Notes: generated from the sequence alone by a model not told the origin. 64,000 bases of DNA from Candidatus Latescibacterota bacterium (GCA_965205975.1 OZ242195.1:1792001-1856000); one strand, 5' to 3'. Shown: positions 18,825 to 28,888, counted from the stretch's first letter. Made by a program: numbers and translations.

Positions 18825-20918
18825 TTATTCAATCGCATAACATTCAACCGCCGTATTCCCTGGCGTGCGAAATGCCCAGCCGGACATCGCGACCTCGGGC
18901 ACATTGCGAAATGAATTTTTGACCAGATAAAACGAGGGCAATGCTCCCACCGTGCCGATGACCCACAGATTCTTTCGATTCAAATCGATAATTTCTCCCA
19001 TAAGCCGGATTTGTTCATCTTCGTCAATCGTCTTCTCAATCTCCCAAAACAGCTCAATACACCGCCGCATATCACTGGGGGGTTCTTCACCGCGTTTTTT
19101 CTCCGTGCGATACCAACGCGCATAATCCACTGCGTGTACAGACTCATCGCTAAATGGAACGAGCCAGCGCGGATCCAGAACAGCGATCTGCTCATCTGAC
19201 CCACCCCACACGCCGACATCGTGCAGCAAACCCTTTTTGCGCTCATAAAACAACTGCCGCGCTTCTTCCTTCACCTCTGACTGCACCCCCACCGCAGTCC
19301 AGTAGCTCGCCACCAGTTCCAGAATGCGATTATTCAGAGACGTCGTCTCAATATAGAGCTTAATCGGTTCGCCATCAGCCCGCAATCGCATGCCATTGCT
19401 CCCGCGCTTCAGCCCCATCTCGTCGAGCAATGCATTTGCGCGGTCTGGATCGTATTCGATATATGCGTGCTCGTAATCCGCATCGTAAAACGGCGACGAT
19501 GGCGGCGGACAAACTTGCCTCGGCTTCCCAATCCCAAAATAATCCGCCTCGTTTAATTCATCGCGATTCAGCGCGTGCGACAGGGCTTTTCGAAAGCGGC
19601 GATCCCCGATAATTCTCTTCATTTCCGGATCGCGGTGATTCAAATTCAACGCCAGGATATTTGACCCCGCCGACCCATTGATCCAATGTACAACCCGATA
19701 ATCGCCCTTCTTTCTCCCCTCCATAAACAGCGGATAATTCTGGAACTGCAGGTGCCGCCCCTGCATGCCTATTTCCCCGTTGATCGCCTTGAGATTGATG
19801 GTCTCGGGATCAAAAATCTCAAAGGTCATGCGGTCGATGTACGGCAGTTGATTCCCATCGGGATCGACCTTCCAATAATAGGGATTGCGCTCCAGCACTG
19901 CCGGACGCGCAGGCGGCGGCGCAACCACAATCCACGGCCACAAACGCGGGATATCCGGATTGCGCCAATCGCGCATATCTTCAAAAAGCTGCTTCCACAA
20001 ATCAAATCCCGCGGCCTCGCTCATGGCCTCGAGCTTTTCCAAAGACGTGTACTTCGGATGAAATTGCTTCATATAATGGGCCGGATAGCGCAGCATCTCA
20101 TAACCGCGTCCCGACGCCAACTTCATAATAAACAACCCATTGGGCTCCAAAAACGTGAACCGCACCGTATAATCATCGACCCTCTCCAACCCCATCACCC
20201 GTCCACCCCGCTTAAAATCGCGCGGCACAACAGGCGTTATCTCCTCGTCTTGCAACACATCTTCATACCAGAAAATGAGATCATCAACCGTAAACGGATG
20301 CCCGTCTGACCACCTTACCCCTCTGCGCAAATAAAATGTAAAACTGCGTCCCCCATCGGCAATCTCCCACCGCACAGCCAGATTGGGAATCACCTCCTGC
20401 GCCATCGCATCCCACCGCACCAGACCCTCATACGCAAACCGGGCTTCGACAATACCCACATCGCGGGGACCAGTCGCAAACCGCGTCCACGTCCCCCCAT
20501 AAGGCCCATGCTGTTGCGGCGGTACAATAACAAGAGGATCTTCCGGCAGGCGTTCCGATACCGACGGCAAGATCCCCTCTCGCACCCGCTGGGCGAGCAT
20601 AGGCGCTTCGGCAAATCGTCCCTCCGACCATTCAGCCACCTGATGCACCGCCCCTGTTGCCTCGGGATGGCGATTGGGAATCTCAACATCCGCCATCACA
20701 GCCTCGAGATCCCGCGTCCCATCTGCTGGCACCACAGGCACAACACCATCCTCGGGCGCACGCACCAGACTGCCCATCACGGCCTCAAATTCCGATGCCC
20801 GTTGTATCGCATCCGGATCGCGCGGCGACAGGTAAAATGCGACATATCCCATCCCCTGCACCAGAAGCACAAAACTGGCAAAAACACCGATAAGCGTGAT
20901 CCACACTTTAATTCCCAT
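18825..20918 (-). CDS. ABC transporter substrate-binding protein, family 5
   Basis: EAPMLA...LPSVSERLPEDP, LRRGVRWSDGHPFT, ERNPYYWKVD.GNQLPYID. Confidence 0.92.
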   Translation of the reverse strand: MGIKVWITLIGVFASFVLLVQGMGYVAFYLSPRDPDAIQRASEFEAVMGSLVRAPEDGVVPVVPADGTRDLEAVMADVEIPNRHPEATGAVHQVAEWSEGRFAEAPMLAQRVREGILPSVSERLPEDPLVIVPPQQHGPYGGTWTRFATGPRDVGIVEARFAYEGLVRWDAMAQEVIPNLAVRWEIADGGRSFTFYLRRGVRWSDGHPFTVDDLIFWYEDVLQDEEITPVVPRDFKRGGRVMGLERVDDYTVRFTFLEPNGLFIMKLASGRGYEMLRYPAHYMKQFHPKYTSLEKLEAMSEAAGFDLWKQLFEDMRDWRNPDIPRLWPWIVVAPPPARPAVLERNPYYWKVDPDGNQLPYIDRMTFEIFDPETINLKAINGEIGMQGRHLQFQNYPLFMEGRKKGDYRVVHWINGSAGSNILALNLNHRDPEMKRIIGDRRFRKALSHALNRDELNEADYFGIGKPRQVCPPPSSPFYDADYEHAYIEYDPDRANALLDEMGLKRGSNGMRLRADGEPIKLYIETTSLNNRILELVASYWTAVGVQSEVKEEARQLFYERKKGLLHDVGVWGGSDEQIAVLDPRWLVPFSDESVHAVDYARWYRTEKKRGEEPPSDMRRCIELFWEIEKTIDEDEQIRLMGEIIDLNRKNLWVIGTVGALPSFYLVKNSFRNVPEVAMSGWAFRTPGNTAVECYAIE

Positions 20919-20920
20919 TA

Positions 20921-20981
20921 TTGCCTCTCATCTGCCATTCATCTGCGTACATCTGCGTACATCTGCGTATATCTGCGGATA
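20921..20981 (+). repeat. 10-bp tandem repeat array (ATCTGCGTAC)n ending in ATCTGCGGAT
   Basis: Read directly; related arrays at 34788-34827 and, inverted, at 16550-16579 and 15480-15492. Confidence 0.85.
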
Positions 20982-20984
20982 CCC

Positions 20985-21722
20985 TCATCTACTATATGCC
21001 CCACTGACAAACTTCTCAATCTCATCTCGCCCTCGCGCAATAGCTTCATCGACAAAACGCGCTTTTATATTCTCATCAAAAAACGCATCTGCCCGTCTTC
21101 TGTTCTCAGCAAGATGCTTTTCCATATCATCAGACAGAGGGCGACCTATCATCTTGAGAAATATCTGCTCGAGAACAACGGGGTCTGCATTCTCTGCCCA
21201 TCCCCGCGCGCGCCTCACAAATCGAGATACTGTTTTGCGATCAATAAATCCCACCTCTCCACGTCCATCAAACTGATCCAGCACTCCCGCGACACCTGGA
21301 TAATTGATCGGCAATTCATCTACATAAGACCACAACCCATAAATAATGGGCCGCCAGTCCTCAACGCCGTGGACGTGAATCGTCACCTCATCGCGAAACG
21401 CTTCATCCGTCGTCAAATGCGCGATATACCCCATCAACAAAACGCGATCTCGCGGGTCCATATTCTGATAATCTGCCAGATTGGGATGCGCCTCAAACAT
21501 ACCCGAAACGGATTTGCCCCACGTCTCGCGCTGCTCCTCTGTATAAAAATGCGACCCGTACTTGCCCATCTTTCCGAGCAAACGCATCGCATCCGGCGCC
21601 ATAGAACCCGCCACAAGATCCGGCAAATACCGCCGATTTAGAGCACCGACCTCAGGCAAATCGCGCTCGAGCTGTACCTGCAACCCGAGCACCAATGCAA
21701 AATGACATCGCCCACGAGGCAT
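20985..21722 (-). CDS. Zinc-dependent phospholipase C-like family protein
   Basis: MP....HF N-terminus, GSMAPD, SHFY, GYIAHLTTD. Confidence 0.7.
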   Translation of the reverse strand: MPRGRCHFALVLGLQVQLERDLPEVGALNRRYLPDLVAGSMAPDAMRLLGKMGKYGSHFYTEEQRETWGKSVSGMFEAHPNLADYQNMDPRDRVLLMGYIAHLTTDEAFRDEVTIHVHGVEDWRPIIYGLWSYVDELPINYPGVAGVLDQFDGRGEVGFIDRKTVSRFVRRARGWAENADPVVLEQIFLKMIGRPLSDDMEKHLAENRRRADAFFDENIKARFVDEAIARGRDEIEKFVSGAYSR

Positions 21723-21746
21723 CCATTTTCCTTTCTCAAGCAGAAT

Positions 21747-21884
21747 TCATCTGTAATTCTGATCGTATTTCAGAATATGCTCGAAAAGCCGTTGCATCAA
21801 TGCGCGAAAATCTTTGATTGACAGCACGACTGCGGTCTTCCGCCCTTTTGCATCCACGACATATTTGGGTTTGATATTGAGCAT
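21747..21884 (-). pseudogene. 45-aa antitoxin-like ORF, probably truncated
   Basis: Manual translation MLNIKPKYVVDAKGRKTAVVLSIKDFRALMQRLFEHILKYDQNYR; TGATG overlap with the PIN gene stop; no toxin gene follows. Confidence 0.55.
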
Positions 21885-22306
21885 CATTGTTCAACCGTTT
21901 TGAGCACAGTTATTCCCATCATCGCAAAATGATCGTCAAATGCATACGTCTCAGAAATGTTATGCTTCTGACAAACCGCGAAGCTGGTGCAATCTGTAAA
22001 TGATAATTGTACGGAATCATATTGCCGAAAGAGTTTCTTTGCTTCTTGAAACAGGATCTTATCAATTTCCGCGACAGTTAAAACACCAGTTTTTTCAACG
22101 CTTTCAACCAAGTCAAGAAACTGCACTGCTACCTGATGGCTCGATCTATATTTAAGCCATGTCACAGTCTCATCAATCACATAATCTGTCGTTAAAAGTC
22201 TCGCTTTCTGCTGTTTTAAGCCGTTGTAAATTACAACAGCATCGTCATGATATTGATCCCTCTGATTTAAAAGAGCAATCCAGGCACCGCTATCGACAAA
22301 AATCAT
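21884..22306 (-). CDS. vapC: PIN-domain (VapC-type) ribonuclease toxin
   Basis: IFVDSGAWIA, DQYH, VIDE, SFTDCTS, AFDDHF acidic residues. Confidence 0.92.
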   Translation of the reverse strand: MIFVDSGAWIALLNQRDQYHDDAVVIYNGLKQQKARLLTTDYVIDETVTWLKYRSSHQVAVQFLDLVESVEKTGVLTVAEIDKILFQEAKKLFRQYDSVQLSFTDCTSFAVCQKHNISETYAFDDHFAMMGITVLKTVEQ

Positions 22307-22338
22307 TATTTTGAACGCTCTCCATAGATAACTTCATC

Positions 22339-23386
22339 ACGCGATGTGTGACTTCAAAATGTTACGAGGCCGTCAAAATCCAGCGGGTCTCTGTAATTGA
22401 TGATATTTAGAAAGACACACATGGTATGGGTTAAGATTTTGGTATGCCACAAGTTTAATAGATGCCAAGCATCTCGCACTTTCATGCGCGCAATATGCAA
22501 ACGTTCAGTCAATTGTGCGTAAACGGTTTCGACTAATCGCCTTGTGGTTCTCTTGGCTTTGGGCAAAATGAAAGGGGTGCGTTGTGGATTGTCTTTCATA
22601 TTGGACTTTAAGGGTGTCTTTATGCGTATGCGGTAGGTATCAAAGCACCTTTTTTGCCAGTCCAAATCCATAAATGCTGAATCGGCTAAGACGGTTGTAT
22701 CTCCCATTGTGCCTTCTATGAGTGCGTCTCGGCACTGCTTGTCGTGTCCATAGGCTTGCAGGATGGGTGCGTGGAGGATAAGGCCATAATCCGTGATCCT
22801 CAGACCGCCCTTAAAACCAAAATAGGCTTCGTTTTTAGCAGCACAGAAGCCTTTTGAAGGGGTAGGGAACTCAAAGACAGGCTCTGTTTTAAAAATCTTG
22901 CGCGTGTGTCGCCTTGCCAGTTTACAGATGGGTAAGGGCAAGGTGTCTATGATCTGACAGGACGCCTGATGCCCTTCGAGGCAGGCCACAATCCGCTGTT
23001 GCATCCACATCTTGACAACCCACAAATTGGCACATTGACGCACAAAGGCCGGACGATCTTTCAAAGTGGGAAACCAGCAAGAAAAATGTTCTTTCATCTG
23101 CTCATAAAGTTTCTTCTGGCTTGAATACCCCAAAAAGTGACCCACAATTTCTATGGTGAGGCATTCCACATCACTTAAACCGGGGTCAAAGCCTGCCCGA
23201 CGCGGCTTGCCATGCACCTCACAATACGCTGGATAGAGGTCGTCTTCAATAAAACAGTAGATTGCAATGACAAAAAGGGCTAAATTATACATCGGAGGTT
23301 CCTTTCGTTGTATGGCTTCTTGTTTTATGGACAATCCAAGATAGCCGAGGAACCTCTTTTTGTCTATTTAAAGTCACACATCACGT
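22339..23386 (-). mobile_element. Complete IS982-family insertion sequence
   Basis: 16-bp TIRs ACG(C/T)GATGTGTGACTT at 22339-22354 and 23371-23386; 9-bp target duplication AACTTCATC at 22330-22338 and 23387-23395. Confidence 0.95.
22354..23334 (-). CDS. IS982-family DDE transposase
   Basis: LSDVECLTI, IIDTLPLPIC, YFGFK, LADSAF, RRLVETVYAQL. Confidence 0.93.
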   Translation of the reverse strand: MSIKQEAIQRKEPPMYNLALFVIAIYCFIEDDLYPAYCEVHGKPRRAGFDPGLSDVECLTIEIVGHFLGYSSQKKLYEQMKEHFSCWFPTLKDRPAFVRQCANLWVVKMWMQQRIVACLEGHQASCQIIDTLPLPICKLARRHTRKIFKTEPVFEFPTPSKGFCAAKNEAYFGFKGGLRITDYGLILHAPILQAYGHDKQCRDALIEGTMGDTTVLADSAFMDLDWQKRCFDTYRIRIKTPLKSNMKDNPQRTPFILPKAKRTTRRLVETVYAQLTERLHIARMKVRDAWHLLNLWHTKILTHTMCVFLNIINYRDPLDFDGLVTF

Positions 23387-25051
23387 AACTTCATCATGAT
23401 TGACAGACCCATCAGTTCGGTCAGATTTTGCAAATCCAACCATCTCATCGAGAATCGCGTATCCTTCTTCTATTTTATTTTTTTCTACGATTTCGGGGTT
23501 GATTGGACCGCTCCGCACAAGAAAGATAAAGTAATCGAGAACGTCTAATGCCTGCCAGATAATTCCTGTGAACACATCTCGTAAATGCTGACTCTCAATG
23601 CCAAAGTCCTTAGCAATTTTTCGATAGTTGCGACCTTTGCGATGCGCGGCACTGCTGGAACGCAGACTCTGAAGCTTTCGCAGAAAGGCGATGCGCTCGG
23701 CAACACCTTCAACATCATGGGCACTAAGCACAGCTTCCAGGCGTGCAATGCTACCTTTAAGTCTCGCTTTCTGATCCTCAGGAATAAGCGTGTTTAGACG
23801 TCTTTCGTTTAGGGAATCAATGAGTATCTTTGTGAGACTCAAAATCAACGCATCAAAATCGCGTTGCTCGTCAGTAGATGGAATTCTCAAGCCTTGGAAA
23901 TGATAATCATCATCTGTGTCCAGTGGCAGCAACAACTGCCACCCCAGATATTCTTTACAGGTATCTTGCAACTTCTGATAACGTGCCCTAAACAAGTGTT
24001 CTGGCTGGTCTGATTCCGTAGCTTCTCCCATGAATTGACGACTAAAATAAGTCCTACTCACACCGCCTTCGGGTGGGATATTGTGTGATCGCCAGTGTAG
24101 CTGTTCTGTATAGGGAAGGGCTTGCCCAAGATCGCCCAACCACGCACAGACTTTGTCGTCGTGATGGTTGTCAATAGTCACTATCCACAAAGAGCCACAG
24201 TGCAGCGTCGAATCCTCTACGGTGTATTTACTGGGCTCTTGGTAGTATTTGTCTAAAACCTGTTTGCGAAAATGCACAGGGGTCAGATAATGGGGAGCAT
24301 CGGGGTTTGCGCCAGAATAATTTGCCAGAGTACTCGGGTCAGATGTATGGGTAATTTCATCTCCGTTCTCATCAACATCAATGATAAATTCCACATGCTT
24401 TTTGTTTCGTTTTTTAGATTTCGGTAGGGGTTCAATAAGTCTCTTTCCTTGTACCAGACTAACCGCTGAAGAGTTACTCTGATCGAAAAAATCATACTTC
24501 CAACACATAAGTCCATCCCTCTGCTCACTATCGCCTTTCTTAAATCCAAGTTCTCGCAACGAATACTTCGAGTGCTCTGGAAAAAAGAATTGGACTGATA
24601 GGTACATATCTTTGGCCGCTAAAAACTGACGAATTTCCTTAAGCCTTATCTTGATGCAGTCTGGCTTCACAATAGCTACTATTTCTTCATTACCTGCATC
24701 ATCAATCTTAATGTATTCATCCGCCTCTCTATCGTGATATAGATTGTGAAAAAGGCGAAACTCCTCGGATATTTCCCTGTAGCCCTCCCGCATTTCATCA
24801 AAGTTACGATCAATGATCAAAGGTTTAATTTTGTCGGTGGCTCCATTATCGGGTGAAAAGTCCCAATATGGGATAGAAAGTGTTTGCTCAATCTGAGCAG
24901 GGGGAATTAAAGCACAAGAGATATCGTAATCGTGGGACTCTTGGCGGTCCAGTAGATACACAGTGATCATCTCGGTCATTTTTAGATCGCGTTGCAACCA
25001 CTCCAGCCTCTCAGCTTGCGATAGCCGTTTTCGATCTAAATCAATGCTCAT
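23381..25051 (-). CDS. Large uncharacterised protein with C-terminal HEPN-like motif and antitoxin-like tail; last codons displaced by the IS
   Basis: GGAAGGAGG RBS before ATG 25051; LQSLRSSSAAHRK (R-X5-H) in a helical region; tail ...DRTDGSVNHDEV. Confidence 0.65.
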   Translation of the reverse strand: MSIDLDRKRLSQAERLEWLQRDLKMTEMITVYLLDRQESHDYDISCALIPPAQIEQTLSIPYWDFSPDNGATDKIKPLIIDRNFDEMREGYREISEEFRLFHNLYHDREADEYIKIDDAGNEEIVAIVKPDCIKIRLKEIRQFLAAKDMYLSVQFFFPEHSKYSLRELGFKKGDSEQRDGLMCWKYDFFDQSNSSAVSLVQGKRLIEPLPKSKKRNKKHVEFIIDVDENGDEITHTSDPSTLANYSGANPDAPHYLTPVHFRKQVLDKYYQEPSKYTVEDSTLHCGSLWIVTIDNHHDDKVCAWLGDLGQALPYTEQLHWRSHNIPPEGGVSRTYFSRQFMGEATESDQPEHLFRARYQKLQDTCKEYLGWQLLLPLDTDDDYHFQGLRIPSTDEQRDFDALILSLTKILIDSLNERRLNTLIPEDQKARLKGSIARLEAVLSAHDVEGVAERIAFLRKLQSLRSSSAAHRKGRNYRKIAKDFGIESQHLRDVFTGIIWQALDVLDYFIFLVRSGPINPEIVEKNKIEEGYAILDEMVGFAKSDRTDGSVNHDEVT

Positions 25052-25142
25052 CACTATCCTCCTTCCGCTATTTTGAATCCTGATCAAACAAATGTATAGC
25101 ACAAAAACCACGTTTGTCAACTTAATCCCCTCATCTGACTCT

Positions 25143-25985
25143 CTATCTCACCTCATAACTACCCGTATCATCCCGCCGCAGTCTTCCCCATGCAATATCC
25201 GGATCGTGCGGCCACACCATAATCCAGTCCTCGGAAACAGCCCTCTCCATAACCTCTTGCTTAACCAGATAGGTCTGCCGGGGATACAGATCGTAAGCCA
25301 TCACATAAATCGGCTTTAAGTGATGCGTCGTAGGAATCAAATCCCCCACAAAACAGAACGTATCCTTCCCTGTATGCACCAGCACAGATTGATGCCTGCG
25401 GGTATGCCCTGGCGTAACTATGACCTCGATAAGAGGACAAATACGCTCATCCCCCTCCAACAGCGCGAGCACAGGTGACAACGGCCTCATCACCTCATCG
25501 TATCGATACCCATTCACCGTCTGCCCATCGGCATTCTCCGCATCCTCCCATTCCCCCTTTTGCACATAATAAGTCGCATTTGGAAAAGCGGGCACATATT
25601 CACCACCCTCTTGCACCGTACACCCGCCAGCATGATCCTGGTGCAAATGCGTCAGCACAACCCGTGTAATCTCCTCGGGCGCAATCCGCAACGTCTCCAG
25701 AGACGATAGGAGACCATCCGACTCATCAAGCGCGTAAATCTCCCGCAGCTTTTCCGTCACTTTGCCCCCAAACCCGGTCTCAATCAGCACGGTCTCCCCT
25801 TTCCCTCTCACAAGCAAACAATTCATCGTCAACCCAATGCGGTTGCGCTCATCGGGCGGGTAACACCTCTCCCACAGCGGACGGGGCACAACCCCAAACA
25901 TCGCGCCGCCATCCATCCTCACCTGCCCAGCAGATAAAACCCACACATCGCAACCACCACTTTGCTTATAATCTACAATCGCCAT
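25143..25985 (-). CDS. Metallo-beta-lactamase fold hydrolase (YtnP-like)
   Basis: MDGGAMFGVVP, THLHQDHAGG, TPGHT, GDLIP, PHDP. Confidence 0.9.
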   Translation of the reverse strand: MAIVDYKQSGGCDVWVLSAGQVRMDGGAMFGVVPRPLWERCYPPDERNRIGLTMNCLLVRGKGETVLIETGFGGKVTEKLREIYALDESDGLLSSLETLRIAPEEITRVVLTHLHQDHAGGCTVQEGGEYVPAFPNATYYVQKGEWEDAENADGQTVNGYRYDEVMRPLSPVLALLEGDERICPLIEVIVTPGHTRRHQSVLVHTGKDTFCFVGDLIPTTHHLKPIYVMAYDLYPRQTYLVKQEVMERAVSEDWIMVWPHDPDIAWGRLRRDDTGSYEVR

Positions 25986-26077
25986 ACTTTTACCTCCAAC
26001 TTTGCACTTCGCACTTAACCCTATATATCTTATCTTATCCCCATAAAAAATATTCGCAACCAAAAACAGGAGGAACC

Positions 26078-26845
26078 ATGCCAGCAGCACTCGTCACCGG
26101 ATCCAGCAGAGGCATAGGCAGAGGCATAGCTTTCTGCCTTGCCGACGCGGGCTACGACATCCTCGTCAACTACGCGGGCAATCTAACCGCAGCAGAAGAA
26201 ACCGCAACAGGTATTCGAGAACGCGGACAAAACGTCCACATTTGTCAGGGCGACGTAACCCGCATAGAAGACAGCAAACGCCTCGTAGATACCACACTCG
26301 ACGCCTTTGGTCGCCTCGACATGCTCGTCAACAACGCCGGCATTGCCCCTCGCGTACGCGCCGACATCCTCGAAGCCACCCCAGAAAGCTACGAAGACGT
26401 CATGAACACCAACCTCAAAGGACCCTACTTCTTAACCCAATACGCGGCAAACCACATGATCGCACTCAAAAAACAGGAAAAAATACAAACACCGCGCATC
26501 GTCGTCATCACCTCCATATCGGCCTACACCTCTTCAACGGCACGCGGCGAATACTGCGTCTCAAAAGCTGGCCTGAGCATGATGACGCGCCTATTTGCCG
26601 ACCGGCTCGCAGAACACGGCATCCCCGTCAATGAAATCCAGCCAGGCATCATCCAGACCGACATGACAGGACCCGTCAAAGAAAAATACGACCACCTGAT
26701 AGCCGATGGTCTGACCCCCATCCGCAGGTGGGGACAACCCGAAGACATCGGCAAAGCCGTAGCGGCCATTGGACTCGGCTATTTCGACTTCACAACCGGC
26801 GCGGCAATCCCGGTTGACGGCGGATTCCACATGCACCGGCTCTGA
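26078..26845 (+). CDS. Short-chain dehydrogenase/reductase (3-ketoacyl-ACP reductase-like)
   Basis: TGSSRGIG, NNAG, YCVSK, PG.IQTDM. Confidence 0.92.
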   Translation: MPAALVTGSSRGIGRGIAFCLADAGYDILVNYAGNLTAAEETATGIRERGQNVHICQGDVTRIEDSKRLVDTTLDAFGRLDMLVNNAGIAPRVRADILEATPESYEDVMNTNLKGPYFLTQYAANHMIALKKQEKIQTPRIVVITSISAYTSSTARGEYCVSKAGLSMMTRLFADRLAEHGIPVNEIQPGIIQTDMTGPVKEKYDHLIADGLTPIRRWGQPEDIGKAVAAIGLGYFDFTTGAAIPVDGGFHMHRL

Positions 26846-26899
26846 TTTAGCAGCCAGTCTATATACCCCAAATGGCCTTTGATTTTTTGGGGTATGTAG

Positions 26900-26928
26900 T
26901 TGACATATTTTCTCTTATATCGTACCTT
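26900..26928 (+). promoter_or_regulatory. Sigma-70-type promoter
   Basis: TTGACA-17 bp-TACCTT upstream of the ORF at 26991. Confidence 0.65.
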
Positions 26929-26990
26929 ATAAGTAAGCATAATAAGTAATCATAAACATCGCAATTCTACGCTTTCAAGTGAGGACGCAA

Positions 26991-27767
26991 ATGCTGAAGC
27001 GCTTTTTTAGTAAAAATGCTGAACCAGAGAATGGTACAACCAAAGAAAGACAAATCCACATCGAAGGGCAAGACGAGCACGTTCAGGAAGCCATGGACCT
27101 CCTCGCACAAGAGGATCAAGATGATCTCGACGAAGCTCTTGACGAAGTTAATGAAACCGTGCGAGAAGCCGCCAGAGCCTCACTGCGCGACCTGAGACTC
27201 ATGCAAGAAGGCCACTGTCCATCCTGTGGTCACAAAACACTGCGTCAATTTCTCTTTACCACTGTGTGTTCCAGTTGCGGTTGGTTTTCATTTATCTCGC
27301 CCGAAGAAGGCAAATCTCACATCCACCTGCAAAGTGGACGCACCATCGAATGCGGCACCACATTTGACACCAAAGGAGACTTTGTACTCGGCATCACAAA
27401 TGGCGTTGTTCGCGCCAAGGTACCCAAAGAAAATGTCGAATACATCGAATTTGCATGGACTGCTGAAGAAATCCAGCGCAAACGCGAATCCCGCGCAAAA
27501 GAGGAAACGGGAATATGTAGCTGGTGCGAAAAAGCGCTCGCAGATGATGGTGATGAAAATATCATTGTCTATGCGGCCTTCGGCACCACCCAGATGCGCT
27601 ATGTCTTCTGTTCAAACAAATGCAACGAAGCCTTCCAAAAACAATACCCCATTCGCATTCACAAAAATTGCTACGAACGCTCCTGCCTCGATTGCGACCT
27701 GTGCGACAAACGCTACCTGGGCGAAGACGAGACCTTTCTCAAATTGCTCGAGCAAGGGAAAGTCTGA
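26991..27767 (+). CDS. Uncharacterised Cys-rich, probably multi-zinc-binding protein
   Basis: CPSC/CSSC, CSWC/FCSNKC and CYERSCLDCDLC clusters; own promoter and terminator. Confidence 0.75.
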   Translation: MLKRFFSKNAEPENGTTKERQIHIEGQDEHVQEAMDLLAQEDQDDLDEALDEVNETVREAARASLRDLRLMQEGHCPSCGHKTLRQFLFTTVCSSCGWFSFISPEEGKSHIHLQSGRTIECGTTFDTKGDFVLGITNGVVRAKVPKENVEYIEFAWTAEEIQRKRESRAKEETGICSWCEKALADDGDENIIVYAAFGTTQMRYVFCSNKCNEAFQKQYPIRIHKNCYERSCLDCDLCDKRYLGEDETFLKLLEQGKV

Positions 27768-27797
27768 TAAGGCGGTCACTCATCAACCTAAAAAATC

Positions 27798-27835
27798 AGT
27801 CCCCCATCGCAATAATACGCGATGGGGGACTTTTA
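27798..27835. terminator. Hairpin terminator between convergent genes
   Basis: GTCCCC-CATCGC/GCGATG-GGGAC stem followed by a T run. Confidence 0.75.
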
Positions 27836-27868
27836 TTATGTCCTCAAAACCGCTTTGCATAAAGTCTT

Positions 27869-28471
27869 TTACTCGAGTTCAAATACACCCCACTTTGAGT
27901 CGGCTGAGTCCTTGAGGATTTCCCTGTCCGAAAGCAGGACATGAAATCTGTATCGACTGCCATTAACAGGCATCTGAGCATAGATCGAATAGCAACGCCT
28001 ACAAGCCGTTATCTTGATCTCTGTGTCGCAGGGGATACAGTCCCAAACCCCCAAAGGTTTTCTTTGACATCGCAGGCACTCGATTTGTTCGATCAGATTT
28101 TTGTTGCGTTCCCGAAATTTTTCCAACTCGCCAGAAACCACCATGGGACCTATATACGATACACCTGCAGAGTTGCACACCTTGCAGAATGACCTTTCGT
28201 CACCATCCATCGTTCGCCTTTCGCCCGAAAAGTCGTCGTACACCAGCAGGCAATGCCCACACGCGAAAATGCCCTCTTCGTCTGGCTCGCGGTCCTCAAA
28301 ACGCCTGAAATACGCCAGAATATCGGACTTATCACTATCGGGCAATTTCTCGAATGGCTGCATTTTGGTTCCACATTCATGGCAGCAACAGCCAAAGAAA
28401 CCCTTTGCCCATCGGCCAAAAGTTCCAAGGATTACGATAATGAGAATGGCTAAAATGATAAACGCTTCCAC
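27869..28471 (-). CDS. Uncharacterised membrane-anchored Cys-rich protein
   Basis: N-terminal hydrophobic helix; six CxxC pairs (CHEC, CGHC, CKVC, CLRC, CIPC, CRRC); GAGG RBS before GTG. Confidence 0.72.
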   Translation of the reverse strand: MEAFIILAILIIVILGTFGRWAKGFFGCCCHECGTKMQPFEKLPDSDKSDILAYFRRFEDREPDEEGIFACGHCLLVYDDFSGERRTMDGDERSFCKVCNSAGVSYIGPMVVSGELEKFRERNKNLIEQIECLRCQRKPLGVWDCIPCDTEIKITACRRCYSIYAQMPVNGSRYRFHVLLSDREILKDSADSKWGVFELE

Positions 28472-28666
28472 AGTCGGTTCCTCATGTTAGTAGTTATCAC
28501 ACTTGCAACCACACCTGCTTACCTGTAGCTATGAGCTTTGCGATGGCGCACTGATTTTTCCAGAATTGGTAAATTGCATTAGAAAATTGAACATCTATCT
28601 CTTTCCTCTGATCTACGGGTTTTTAGCTCTATCCATCCCCGTTTTCACAGGGACATGCCTGCGGCT

Positions 28667-28888
28667 CTATTCAATCAATTCTTTACCACCGTGAACGCGA
28701 ATATCAACTTCAGGCAAGTGTTTATTCAGAATGTCTATGATGTGATCCTTCGGTCCGACAAAGATCATGATCATATTTTCTGGCACAAAAAACTTCTCGA
28801 GATAGTCACGTACCTCATCATCGGTAACCGACGTAGAACCGCCTTTGTGAGTTGGCGGATTATAGATGGATAAACCGTTGCACGTCAT
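28667..28888 (-). pseudogene. Short ORF resembling a fragment of an M16 (insulinase-family) peptidase
   Basis: SVTDDEVRDYLEKFFVPENMIMIFVGP resembles the M16 domain-end motif; ATGA overlap with the ABC exporter stop. Confidence 0.5.
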
